Shown here in pieces: positions 36,952 through 49,759 of a stretch of DNA of 64,000 nt. Every line of letters starts with the position of its first letter. Within the stretch, counting starts at the first letter, position 1. Source of the stretch: Epiperipatus broadwayi (lineage: Eukaryota; Animalia; Onychophora). The notes beneath the pieces are model-generated. The model saw only the letters and a program-made list of their open reading frames with translations, had not been told where the DNA came from and made no database searches. The stretch lies in NCBI GenBank assembly GCA_028023455.1, contig JAQFVV010000005.1:22568001-22632000 (forward strand), read 5' to 3'. A program made the position numbers and the translations under genes.

Positions 36952-38320
36952 GTATGTTGTCTGTCCTTCACTTAAAGAAAAATATTTTAAATTGCTTAGT
37001 TTTATCGTATTGCAATGGTTTTTATTATATTGTTCCAGGAGTAACACTGCTTAGAAATGAACGGAAGTTATTTTTGCTTCTGGAAAAATTATTAGTGTTT
37101 GAAATATTGCTTATGCAATACTGTACATTAATAATGGATAAAATTAAACTTAGGCCTCTAATAAATTGATACTAAAGTAATAGGGAAGAGATTTCTCACA
37201 AGGTTATTAATTTATATAAGATATTCATCAATATTCTTAAATTATTTTGTGTCGATTTCATCAATCCTTTCATAATTTTATTAGTGACAAATTCTTTCAA
37301 TTAAATAATTAATTGGGTCTTTTGTGTGTGTGTTTATTTTAAAATATCTTCCTGCATGATTTAGTACAGTAATAGAGTAAGAAATTAAGAGCTTGAGTTT
37401 TTTACATATTAATATGTATTCAATGAGTTTTTATTTATGGATCTTAGACTTGGACATTTAACAGAAGATTAATAGAAAGAATTCATATATCAGAGGTCTA
37501 TATTAAGAGTAATATGAATAATTAAAAACAAAATGCATGGGTAAGTGAATAAACAAGTGCCACCTAAATTAAGAGATTGAACTGGAGTTCTGTTGTACAA
37601 TTTGTAGAAGATATGATATATGGATAATTGAAATACCAAAAGATTATAAAAGACCTAGTAAGAGATTGCATGTGAGATGGATGGATGAAATAAGTAAATT
37701 TGCTGATATTATATGGAGAAGAGAGATTATGAATAGAATAGATTGGATTAAGCGTGGAAAAACATTCATTCAAGTGATTTAATAATGGTTGGAAATGAGG
37801 ATGAGAATGAATTTAGGTATAATCTATCATTTCTGGTTCTTGGACATCTAATGATCTATTGAGGAATAAACCACTTGATTATTTATTTATTTGAAAATGT
37901 TAAATATATATATATATGTAAGTATAGAATGAATAAATTTAAATATTTATTCACTTTTATTTGTCTTACAATAATCTTTTAGTAGTCTTTATCCCCCTGT
38001 GTATTATACTGAATACTGCTTTATTATGTTAAGCATTTTTTGTTATTTATAATTACATGAATGAAACACTGGTTAATAAAATAAATAATCAAATCATAAG
38101 AAATTTGAGTATCAAAACTGAATAGAGACTGATCCATGGCCTTTGGGATTCAGAGGCCACCATTACACTAACTCATGCAATCACAATGATTTATGTACTA
38201 TTCTGTTCATATAATCAAAAGAAAAAATAGTGGATTTGAATAAGTTAAAGTTAATCAAAACCAATCTAGCAAAACGAGATTTAGTGGTCTGTGAATTCAG
38301 CAATAAGTTCATTTATAGGA

Positions 38321-38889
38321 TTGTTAAAACAGGCAAAACTCACTATATATATTGCCACACACAGCAAGATAGAGTGATCAATGGATGCCAGAAGGCTTGT
38401 GCATAAAATCCCCATCTAGTGCCTACTCATCCGATATCCCCAGACTAGTTTCTGGCTTATGGCCTTCGTAAGTGAGGAGCCTTGGATCTGAGAGTCCTTC
38501 ATCTAGATCTTAGGATATAATGCAACCCTCCAGCAACTACCTTTTATCTCCATTTAACTACAAAACTATGAGTCTTAAACTGAAAACACCTTAATGTTTT
38601 CAATCCAAGCCTACTAGCTTATATAGTCATATGGGTCTGAACCCAGTTCAGTAACCATACATTTTGGTGTCTTTGGTTCTTTAATAACCATAGCCACCAC
38701 TATCCTATTAGGCAGAAACTAGTCTGGGGATATTGGATGAGTAGGCAGTAGATGGGGATTTTATGCACAAGCCTTCTGGCATCCATTGATTACTCTAGCT
38801 TACTGTATGTGGCAATATATATAGTGAGTTTTGCTTGTTTTAACAACAGTTATACGCAACCATAAGAGGAGGTGGTCATGTGATGTTTA
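38321..38889 (-). mobile_element. Most complete family H element (about 570 bp)
   Basis: Inverted arms 38321-38453 and 38715-38846; 43-nt tail 38847-38889; 13-bp direct repeat TTCATTTATAGGA at 38308-38320 and 38890-38902; core mutated (CUUACGA). Confidence 0.85.
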
Positions 38890-39456
38890 TTCATTTATAG
38901 GACTGATTTTACTAAAAGAAATAAATAGTTCAAGTGGTAAGCATTTTTTAAATTGGATTGAAAATTTCATGATTGTTATATGTGTGTATATATATGCATA
39001 CATGTACACAGCAAAACATTTGTGCAAACCAGATAGTTGCGTAAAAATGTTATTGGTTACATTACTTCAATAATTATTTCCGATTTTTTTTTTTTAAAAC
39101 AAAATATCTTTTATATAATTTTTAAATGAAGTCTATTGCAAAATTCTGCTTTACTATCAAATATAACTGTTGCAGAACTTGTATTCCTTTTAATATTAAA
39201 AAAATTCAATCCTGACCATCTTAGTAAAACCTAACCAGTTCTATAATATATTGTATTAAACAAGTTCTTAAGATTATTTTTAGGAAGATCCTTTTTGTAA
39301 TTTATAAAATTATTTATTAATTAAAAATTAAAAATGTTAATGGTTTTCTAAATATATTATTTAATATTGTATTGTTTATGGTGACAGGCTGCATTTTTAA
39401 AAAGTTTGCATTCTTGATAAATTTAATTTCATTTTATTCTATTAATTGCTTCATAG

Positions 39457-39585
39457 TGACCCCTGGTGTGGATTGCAGCAGTAAACACTGTGGTAAAAAT
39501 GCTCAGTGTGTTGTTCAAAACAGGAAAGCTGTCTGTATTTGTCCAGATGGAATGGCTGGAAACCCTGATGAGGAATGTATTATTG
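39457..39585 (+). CDS. EGF-like exon 16 (129 nt)
   Basis: tcatag|TG...ATTG|gtatgt; VTPGVDCSSKHCGKNAQCVVQNRKAVCICPDGMAGNPDEECII. Confidence 0.88.
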
Positions 39586-40850
39586 GTATGTTGTTTGTCC
39601 TCCACTTAAGGAAATGTATTTAAAATTGCTTGGCTTTATCATGTTGCAATGGTTTTACTATATGGTGCCAGGAGTTACACTGCTTTGACATGAATGGGTG
39701 TTGGTTTTGCTTCTGGGAAAATTATTAGAGCATTTAAGATATTTACCAGTATTTTTAAGTTATTAAAATTATTTAATGTTAGTTTGATCAATGTTTTTTA
39801 TATCTTTTTCAATGACAAATTCTTAAGTGTAATCATTGATTGTTTTCTTTTTTTAAAATATATTTTCCCCTTCATTAGTACAATAATAAAGATTCATGAA
39901 TTTGAGTACCATAATTCAGGGTGAAGGTGGTTAATACATGTATTTAACCAGTTCTTATTTATGGATCTGAGACCTGGACATTTAACAGAAAAGCAATAGA
40001 GAGATTTCAGATCATCCAATAAAGTATGAGAGAGGTGTATAATAGGAGTAACAAGAAGAGATCAAAAACAAAATGCGTAGTAAGAGAACAAACAGATATC
40101 ACTGACGTCATTGAAAAAATTAAAAGATTGAATTGGAGCTTGCTATGAGGAATGATAATACATGGACAATTGAAGTTTTAAATTGGATATCAAAAGATTG
40201 GAAAAGCCTTAGAAATAGATTGCATGTTAGATAGATGGATGAAATAAGTACGTTTTCTGGTATAATGTAGTGAGATATGGAGAGACCTTTATTCTACAGC
40301 GGATCAAGAAAGCTTGAAAATGATAATGGGTTCAGGTTTAATCTTTCAATTCTGATTCTTAAATGTCTTATACCCCTTGACTAACAAACCATTTGGTTAT
40401 TTATTTATTTGAAAGTATTATAAAGTTAAAAATATGTTTGTAATGTAATTAAGAAATAAACAAATTTAAATATTTATTGATTTGTCATGCAATGATTTCT
40501 AATAATCCTTTTGGTCAATTTGCCTCTCTGTATATTATATTGAACATAGCTTTATTATCTGAAGAAATTTTTATATTAATAATTATATAACTGAAACACT
40601 GGTTAATAGAATAAACAATCAAATAATTTACAGCTTGTTGGGGGAGGAGTTATAAGAAATTTGATCTTCCAAAATGATAGAGCAGAGACTTGTTCCATAT
40701 ACTTTGGGATTCAGATGCCACCACTTCCCTATGAAGCTATGCAAGAAACGATTTCTGTACTATTGTGATCATATAATCAAAAGAAAAAATAATGGCTTTG
40801 AATAAGCTAATGTTAATCCAAACAAACCAAGCATAATGAGATTCAATGGT

Positions 40851-41468
40851 TATTAAAACAGGCAAAACTCTCTATACATATTGCCACTCAGTGCAAGCCA
40901 GAGTAATCAATCGATGCCAGAAGGTTTGTGCATAATTCCCATCTAGTGCCTACTCATCCAATATCCCCAGACTAGTTTCTGGCTTGTGGCCTTTGTCAGT
41001 GATGAGCTTGCAACCCTCCAGCAGCCACCTTTTATCTCTACTTAACTACAAAACTATGAGACTTAAATTGAAAACACTATAATATTTTCAATCCAAGCTC
41101 ATCAGCTTATATAGTCATATAGGTCTGAACTCAGTTAAGTACCTATACATTTTGGTGTCTTTGGTTCTTTAATAACCATAGCCACCACTATTCTATTATG
41201 CAGGATTGGTTTTAAGCCAATAAACATCACTTGGTCCCTATTTCTTATGCTTGCTCTTAACTGTTATTAAAACAGGTAAAACTCTCTATATGTATTGCCA
41301 CTCAGTGCTACCCAGAGTAATCAATGGATGCCAGAAGGCACTAGATGGGATCCATTGATTACTTTGGATTACAATGAGTGGCAATACGTATAGAGAGTTT
41401 AGCATGTTTTAATAACAGTTAAGAGCAAGCATAAGAAATAGTGGTCATGTGAAGTTTATTGGCTTTAT
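40851..41468 (-). mobile_element. Family H element plus an adjacent palindrome of its own ends (about 41213-41468)
   Basis: Matches 38321-38715; core CUGACAA; palindrome arms of about 120 bp with a tail on both sides. Confidence 0.75.
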
Positions 41469-42102
41469 ATAATCAGAACAAAAAATAATGGATATATATA
41501 CATAAGATAATTCAAATAAACGTAATCATGGTCTGAGAATTCAATAATAGATTGATGTATAAGAGTGATTTCACTAAAAGAAAGAAATATTTTAAGTGAC
41601 ATATATTTTAAAAATTGGATTGAATATTTCAATGATTGTTATTTGTGTGCATATATATATTTATATATGTACACATACATATACACAGCCAATATTTATG
41701 CAAATCAAAGGTTGTGTAAAAATGTTATTGGTTACGTTAGATTTGTTTTTTCATTTTTAATCGGTTACTGCTGCAAAATTCTGCTTTATATACCAAATAT
41801 AATTGTTCCAGAACTTGTATTTACTTTGATACTAAAGAAATTCAGTCACAACCCATCTTAGCAATTCCATAACCAATTCCTGACTTAGTATATTTGATTG
41901 TGTTAAACAGATTCTTAAAATTGTTTATCGGAAAGCTCTTTTTTAATTTATAAAATTACTTACTAATTAAAAATAATTAGTGCTAATGGTTTTCTTAAAT
42001 TTTTATTTAATATTGCATTATTTAGGATATCAGGCTGCATTTTTAAAAAGTTTGCATTCTTGGTAAATTTAATTCCATTTTATTCTATTAATTGCTTTAT
42101 AG

Positions 42103-42231
42103 TGACCCCTGGTGTGGATTGCAGCAGTAAACATTGTGGTAAAAATGCCCAGTGTGTTGTTCAAAACAGGAAAGCTGTCTGTATTTGTCCAGATGGAATG
42201 GCAGGAAACCCTGATGAGGAATGTATTATTG
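42103..42231 (+). CDS. EGF-like exon 17 (129 nt)
   Basis: ttatag|TG...ATTG|gtatgt; same peptide as exon 16. Confidence 0.88.
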
Positions 42232-43244
42232 GTATGTTGTCTGTCCTCCACTTAAAGAAAAATATTTTAAATCGCTTGGTTTTGTCATATTGCAATGGTT
42301 TTACTATATGGTGCCAGGAGTTACACTGCTTTGCAATGAATGGGTGTTGGTTTTGCTTCTGGGAAAATTATTAGGGCATTTAAGATATGTACCAATATTC
42401 TTAAATTATTAAAATTATTTGGTGTCACTTCTTTTATAGCTTTATCAATGACAAATTTTTTAAAGGAAATATTTTTTTTTTGTTTTATTTTACAATATCT
42501 TTCTGCATGAATTTGTACAATAATAGAGTAAGGATTCAAAATCTTGAGTCCTTAGTTCAGGATTATTAAAAGGAAAAATACCTATGTGTTTGAAAACTAA
42601 GGTTTTTATATGCATTTTACCAGCCATTATTTATTGATTACACGTAACAGAAGAGCAATACAGAGATCTTAGATCATCCAATAAGATATGGAGAAATGTA
42701 TATTGGGAATAACAAGAAGAGAGATGAAGAACAAAGTATGTAATGAGAAAGTAAACAGATATTACGCATGTCATTATAAGAATGAAGAGATTGAACTTGA
42801 GCTGGGCTGGACATATTGTAGAAGACATGACATTATATGGATAGTTGAAGTTTTAAATTGGTTCCCAAATGATTGTAAAAGACCTAGAAGTGAACCACAT
42901 TGTGAAATGTATCTAAGTAAGTCTTCTGGTGTTATATAGAGAAGAGAGGCTAGGGACTGGAGAAATTGAATTAAATTTAAAGAGCGTGAAAATTATTATG
43001 GTAATGAGTGCAGGTATAAATCTATCATTTCTGTTCTTGAATAATTTATGACCTTCTGAACTGTTAACAAACTATTTGATTATTTATTTATTTGAAAGTA
43101 TTAAAATATATATATATATATTTATTTTTGTAATTACAGAATAAACAAATTTAAATATTTATTCATCTTTATATGTCATACAGTGATTTTCTGTAACAAT
43201 TTTTGTATTAATAACTATATGAATGAAACCTTAATTAATAAAAT

Positions 43245-43530
43245 AAAACAGGCAAAAACTCTCCACATAGTAGTGCCACCTTGTGCTAACCAGAGTAATA
43301 AATGGATGCCAAGAAGGCTTGTGCATAAAATCCCTACAGTAGTGCCACCCTGTGCCAACCAGAGTAATCAATGGATACCAGCAGGCTTGTGCATAAAATC
43401 CCTACAGTAGTGCCACCCTGTGCCAACCAGAGTAATCAATGGATGCCAGCAGGCTTGTGCATAAAATCCCTATCTAGTGCCTACTCATCCAATATCCCCA
43501 GACTAGTTTCTGGTTTGTGGCCTTCGACAG
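43245..43530 (-). mobile_element. Truncated family H element with a 68-bp triplication (43266-43469)
   Basis: Units start at 43266, 43334, 43402; core CUGUCGA. Confidence 0.75.
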
Positions 43531-43821
43531 TCAAATATTTTATGGATAAATAAAAGGAGATAAACAAGAGGAGGCATGTAAGAAATTTAAGTATCAAAAG
43601 TGACAGAATGGAGACCTGATATATGGACTTGAGATTCAGAGGCCACAGCTATACTAAACCATGCAGGAACACAATGGCAATGTACTATTGTGTAATGAGA
43701 TTTAATGGTCTACGAAATTCAATAATAGGTTGATTTACAAAACTAATTTTGTTAAAAGAAATAATTAAGAATTTTTAAAAGTGGGATGAGTAGTGATTTA
43801 TTACTGTGGTAAATATATATA

Positions 43822-44152
43822 ATAGAAAATGATATAACATTACAATACTAGCAACTAAAAAACAAAATTTCACTAAAATTCTTTCATGACCATGGTTTCA
43901 TCTATTAACACGGAGATCTCAAGTGGAATTCAATTAGATACAAATAACACATACAAAATAACATGCACAGAAAAAAACCATAGCTTTCCATGATTCAATT
44001 GCTTTTTGAAGTGAACTATGGGAAGGCTATGTTATTTTGCATATATGTGTTGTTGGTATCTAGTTGAATTTCACTTGAGAATGTCAATGGTCATGAGGAA
44101 ATTTTAATAAAATTTTGTTTTTTGTTTAGTATTGTAATGTTATATGATTTTT
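43822..44152. mobile_element. PLE family Q hairpin, copy 2
   Basis: Inverted arms homologous to 10-523; minus 43877-43930 ends GAAA CC au GG UC; plus 44075-44081 TTGAGAA. Confidence 0.65.
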
Positions 44153-44159
44153 TAATTGT

Positions 44160-45134
44160 ATTTATCAACAGTTGTATAGCAAGCAATAGGCAGTATTAAA
44201 TATATATGTACAAATAAAATGTCCATTAATGTTTTAGAAAGTTTACACAAACTGTTGCCACATATAAAAGATTTCCTGGATAAAAAAAAAAAAGATCCTT
44301 GTGCTGTTTTACTTCACAATAAGGTGTGTCTGCAAAAGCTACCATTTTTAACGGATCTAACAACTAAATTAAATGAATTAAGTCTAGATTTGCAAAGACA
44401 AAACAATAACTGACATGATTAACTTCATCGATACATTTAAAATGTAACTGGAAATGTGGATTTCTCAAATTACTACAAAAGATTTGAAACATTTCACAAA
44501 TTTAAGAGAAGAAACTGCATCAAACATAGAAATGTGACTAACAAGAATTTGGAAATATTTTGCAAAACCTTCTGCAATTTCAACAACGATTTCAAGACTG
44601 AAAAACTTCGACCAATCACTTCATTTTTCATGTCACCATTCTCTAAAATAAATATAGAAAATCAAGCTGTACTAATTGCAGAAATATTTAATATGGACAT
44701 AGGTAGCTTGGAAAAGCAATTAATTGAATTACAAAATGACATTAGATTGAAATTGTGTGATCAATTTGATATATGGCAGTATATTGAAAGATGCATATCT
44801 TAGACTTCATTCATGTTTTGCATTCATATATTTATGTGAATCATCATTTTCTCATATGAACTATATAAAATCTAAATATCATACTTATATGACTGAAATC
44901 ATCTTAATGACTGTTTATGTTTGGCTGTTTCTAATTACGAACCAAATTATTCAAAAATAGCTAATAATATTCAATGTCAATCATCACATTAAATAAATTT
45001 GATTAAAATTTTAACTATATTTGTTTATTCCATTTATAAATTGATTCATTTTGTTTTTTCACCCCATTTGGTTGATCACCATTTATTTGAAAATAAAAAG
45101 TAGTTCTTAGGTTCTAAAAGATTGGGCACACCTG
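44160..45134 (+). mobile_element. 5'-truncated hAT (Charlie/Buster, GTF2IRD2/EPM2AIP1-like) transposase fragment with 3' TIR
   Basis: LPFLTDLTTKLNELSLDLQ and YLCESSFSHMNYIKSKY; ends attgggcacacctg. Confidence 0.75.
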
Positions 45135-45217
45135 ATTTATGGTCTCAGGCTGTGTTTTTAAAAAGTGTGCATTCTTGATAAATTTAATTCCATTTTATTC
45201 TATTAATTGCTTTATAG

Positions 45218-45346
45218 TGACCCCTGGTGTGGATTGCAGCAGTAAACATTGTGGTAAAAATGCCCAGTGTGTTGTTCAAAACAGGAAAGCTGTCTGTATT
45301 TGTCCAGATGGAATGGCTGGAAACCCTGATGAGGAATGTATTATTG
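45218..45346 (+). CDS. EGF-like exon 18 (129 nt)
   Basis: ttatag|TG...ATTG|gtatgt; same peptide as exon 16. Confidence 0.88.
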
Positions 45347-47095
45347 GTATGTTGTTTGTCCTCCACTTAAGGAAATGTATTTAAAATTGCTTGGCTTTAT
45401 CATGTTGCAATGGTTTTACTATATGGTGCCAGGAGTTACACTGCTTTGACATGAATGGGTGTTGGTTTTGCTTCTGGGAAAATTATTAGAGCATTTAAGA
45501 TATTTACCAGTATTTTTAAGTTATTAAAATTATTTAATGTTAGTTTGATCAATGTTTTTTATAGCTTTTTCAATGACAAATTCTTTAAGTGTAATCATTG
45601 ATTGTTTTCTTTTTTTAAAATATATTTTCCCCTTCATTAGTACAATAATAAAGATTCATGAATTTGAGTACCATAATTCAACAGGAAAATGTTTGATACA
45701 TGTATTTAACCAATTCTTATTTATGGATCTGAGTCTTGGATATTTAACAGAAGAGCAATAGAGAGACTTTAGATCATCCAATAAAGTATCAGAGAGGTGT
45801 ATAATAGGAGTAACAAGAAGAGATCAAAAACAAAATGCATGGTGAGAAAACAAACAGATATCACTGATATCATTGAAGAAATTAAAAGATTGAATTGGAG
45901 CTTGTTAGGAGAAATGATAATACATGGACAATAGAAGTTTTAAATTGGATATCAAAAGATTGAAAAAGACCTACAAGTATAGAAAATATGATTGATGGGT
46001 GGATGAAATAAGTAAATATGCTGGTATAATATGGGGAAATGTGGAGAGACTATTTTGCAGTGAATTGATAAAGCTTGAAAATGATGATGTTAATGGGTTT
46101 GGGCTTAATCTTACATTTTTGGTTCTTCAGTGTCTTATGACCTATCAGCAACAAACCATTTGATTATTTATTTATTTGAAAGTATTAAAAAAATTAAAAA
46201 TGTAATTTTTAAAATATAATTAAGAAATAAACAAATTTAAATATTTATTCACTTTTATTTATCACACAGTGATCTAGTAATCGTTTCAGCCAATTTATCC
46301 TTCTATGTATTATATTGAACACTACTTTATTATCTGAAGCAGTTTTCGTATTAATAATTATATGAATGAGGCACTGGGTAATAAAATAAATAAATTGTTT
46401 ATGGGTTGGGGGGGGGGGGGCTGTAAGAAATTTGATTGTCAAAAATTACAGAAGGACTTGATCCATGGTTTTTGTAATTTAGAGGCCACATCACACTAAC
46501 CGATGCATACACTGATTTATGTGCTATTGTGTTCATATAATCAAAAGAAAAAAATTACGGATTTCAATAAGATAAAGTTAATTCAAAGACATCAAGTAAA
46601 ATGAGTTTCAGTGGTCTGTGAATTCAATATTAGGTTGATGTTCAGGACTTATTTTACTGAAAGAAATATTTCAAATGATAAGCATTTTTTAAATTGGACT
46701 GAATATTTCAATGATTGTTATTTGTGTGCAAATATGTAATTATGCTTTGATACTCTGCCATTCTAAATATTAATGTAAAAAATACTGCAACAGACTTTAA
46801 ATATAAAATTTAGAAAGATTTATTGTATCAAGTATACTTGCAAAGCTTTCATATCATATTCATGGTTTGTCTGCTGCTAACATTAATTATTTACTGATTT
46901 GAACCTATTTGATTTTTGGTTTATTACATAATCATTTTTTATAAACACTCTTATAGTAGTATTTGTGTAACAAGAGAATAATGGATAGAGGTTGTTAGAC
47001 AAGATGGATATATATGGAGAGGTTGTTTGTTTTGAATTGTTAATAACAAATTGTGAGATGAGATAGTGATCATGTGATGTTTAGTGGTTTATAAT

Positions 47096-47280
47096 CATTT
47101 TGTGTAATGTACCACACCTTTATTTTATGTTTGCGATAGTTTCTTTCTTTGCACATAATTTTGATAACACTTAAATCGTGACTATAATTGTGATCCAAGT
47201 GTTGTCAAAATTATATGCAAAGAAAGAAACAATCGCAAAAACGTAGAATAAAGGAGACTCGATTCATTACACAAAATGAA
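47096..47280. repeat. Imperfect palindrome with arms of about 80 bp
   Basis: tttgcgatagtttctttctttgcacataattttgataacactt versus aagtgttgtcaaaattatatgcaaagaaagaaacaatcgcaaa. Confidence 0.65.
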
Positions 47281-47549
47281 TATGTAATAAACCAAAAATC
47301 AAATAGCATTCAAATCAGCAAAAAATTAATGTTCTCAGAAGACTAACCATGATTTTTATGCAAAAGTATTGAAAGTATACTTAATACAATAAAACGTTCT
47401 AAATTTTATATTTAAATTCTTTTCATATTTTTTTTTATATAAATATATGTATGCTTATACATAGCACAATGTTTGTGCAAATCAGAAGGTTGTGTTAAAA
47501 TATTCTTAGTACTATTACTTGAATAACTTTTTTTTTAAGAGAAAATGTC

Positions 47550-47657
47550 TTTTTTTTTTCCTCATATGTCTAGCATCAGCCGGGAAGCGAACCCGCTAAC
47601 CCGGGACAACTGCTTGTAAAGCAGCTGTCGCTGACCTCTCGACCACCAATACTTGAT
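47550..47657 (-). mobile_element. tRNA-related SINE, copy 3
   Basis: Same family, A-tail. Confidence 0.7.
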
Positions 47658-47882
47658 GAAAATTATAGAAAAATTCTGATTTAGTAACAAATATGATTGT
47701 TCCTGGACTTGAACCCAATTTGACATTAATGGTCAATTGTTGCGCATCTGAACAAAACATAACCAATTCCTGAATTAGTACATTTATAAAACAAATTTCT
47801 TAAAATTGTTTATAGGAAAAACTTTTTTTTTTAATTTATAAAAATGCTTAATAATTTAAAAATATAAAAATGCTAATGGTTT

Positions 47883-48391
47883 TGTAACAATCATTAGGGA
47901 TCACTCAACTATTCATGTCCTGATAGATTTAAACACTTAAGAAATACTCTCCTTTTCAAACACAAGATAAAGTCATTTGAAAAAATACAATGAATCCACT
48001 CTACCATTTTAAGCTAAACATATATGTATAGGCAAATCTTAAGCATTTGGAAATGAGAGCATAAAGATATTAATTAATCATTTCTAATTCCATTTATTAT
48101 GTTTTAATGATTGACATTTGCGAAATTTTTACAATTTATGTATGCCGTTAATTGTAAAAATTTCACAAATGTCCATCATTAAAACAGTAAATGGAATTAA
48201 AAGTGATTAATTAATATCTTCATGCTCTCATTTCAAATGCTTAAGATTTGCCTATACATATATGTTTAGGTTCAAAAAGTAGAGTGGATTCATTCTAACT
48301 TTTCAGAAGACTTTATCTTGTGTTGGAAAGGAAAGTATTCCTTAAATGTTTAAATCTATACAGTGTGTGGTGATCCCTAATGATTGTTACA
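47883..48391. mobile_element. Foldback/MITE-like palindrome of about 510 bp
   Basis: Arms of about 245 bp (tgtaacaatcattagggatcac ... gtgatccctaatgattgttaca); absent from the paralogous intron positions. Confidence 0.7.
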
Positions 48392-48527
48392 GATTAAAAA
48401 CATAGTGCTATATAAATCAATAACTTGTTATATATGTTTATTATTGTTTGTGGTGTCGGGTTCCATTTTATAAAGTTTGCATTCTTAATAAGTTTAATTC
48501 TGTTTTATTCTATAAATTGCTTTATAG

Positions 48528-48656
48528 TACATCCTGGTGTAGATTGCAGCAGTAAACATTGTGGCAAAAATGCCCAGTGTGTTGTTCAAAACAAGAAAGC
48601 TGTCTGTGTTTGTCCAAAGGGTATGGCAGGAAATCCTGATGAAGAGTGTGTTAGTG
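48528..48656 (+). CDS. EGF-like exon 19 (129 nt)
   Basis: ttatag|TA...AGTG|gtatgt; VHPGVDCSSKHCGKNAQCVVQNKKAVCVCPKGMAGNPDEECVS. Confidence 0.88.
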
Positions 48657-49759
48657 GTATGTTGTATTTCTCACCTTATGGGGGGTATTTTGGCTTTGAT
48701 CATTGATTAGTTAAAATTGTTATTGAACATGATTTCAGAAATTTATTAATGCTTTTTACTGTTCTTTTTAATATGCGCATAAATTAACTTAAATTATTAT
48801 TTGCTTGACAAATAAAAATTAAAAAGTTGTCAGGGGGCAAAAAAGACTTGATTTTGGGCTGTAATTTTGTGGGTTTAAATTAAATATTAATTCTGAAACT
48901 GACAGTTTGGGTACTAAAATTGAACAAATATTAAGTACAAGTTTATAACAATTATCAGCTTCACCTTGAAGCAATTCCCACCAAAGTTTAGCCTTTATTC
49001 TTTCTAATCACAGAATATGAGAAACATATCCTCATTGTAATGTAATGTAAGATAAATTAATTTCAGTTGATTATAGTCATCTATCTAAAAATAATTTTAA
49101 CCATCTCTGTTTTGTTTTCACTACTAAGACATATTTGGGGTAATATTTTTTTTCTTATTAATCATTGTAAATAATCGAATAATAATATATATATTAGTTT
49201 AAAGATTTTTATAGACTTAAACATTTAAATCTAACAGGAATTTTTCATATAATAATGTAGATAAAATTTCAGCCACAAGGAAACCAGACAGCAGATTATT
49301 GAAACTGGAAATGCAAATTGAAGTCATTTAATCTAATAATAACAATGAAATGGAACTATTGCCAATTTTAATTGGTTGTTGCCTGGTTACATTGTAGCTG
49401 AAATTTATTTATATATAAACAAATTACATCAATTAAGAATTAAAAAATTAGCCAAAAATTAAAATTTCACATTTATTGATTTTACTGGCACAGACTTCTA
49501 AAGTACAAAGTAACTCAGATGCAACACAAATAGATACTAAAATAATTTTCCCCATAATTCTCACATTAATAGGGAATGATTTTGAAGCTATTAATCTATT
49601 TAAGAATGGTTTTGATATTAAAGGTAATTGAAAGTGAGAATTATGAAAAAGTAGGTTAGTATATATTTGTATTGTGTTTGAGTTATTTTGCACTCAAGAA
49701 GTCTTTCTTGATAGTGAAAGCATTGGTTGTGAAATTTTAAATTTGTATATTTTGTCTTA

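Larger units (their letters stand above)
34300..48700 (+). repeat. Tandem segmental macro-array, six exon-centred units about 2.5-3.3 kb apart
   Basis: Exon starts at 34353, 36823, 39457, 42103, 45218, 48528. Shared intron blocks include an RTE 3' fragment (about 34990-35380, 37420-37810, 39950-40330, 42590-43010, 45715-46095). Confidence 0.88.

Noticed and set aside
36720-37169. Long ORFs spanning EGF exons read as single-exon genes (also 31584-31931, 42060-42374, 19716-19994)
   Set aside because: Read-through into AT-rich intron from GTG/TTG starts; only the AG-GT bounded parts are conserved between copies.
43183-43553. Repeated peptide VVPPCANQSNQW... as a protein repeat
   Set aside because: The 68-bp unit is not a multiple of 3 and lies in a non-coding H terminal repeat.
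18994-45366. Minus-strand ORFs over EGF exons (18994-19215, 19703-19942, 29606-29842, 36789-36971, 42069-42251, 45184-45366)
   Set aside because: Antisense shadows of the plus-strand exons; no motif or splice support.
47883-48391. Hammerhead within the 510-bp palindrome (CAGAAGA CUUU...AAAG GAAAGUAUUC)
   Set aside because: U4 is absent in both arms and no stem I can form.
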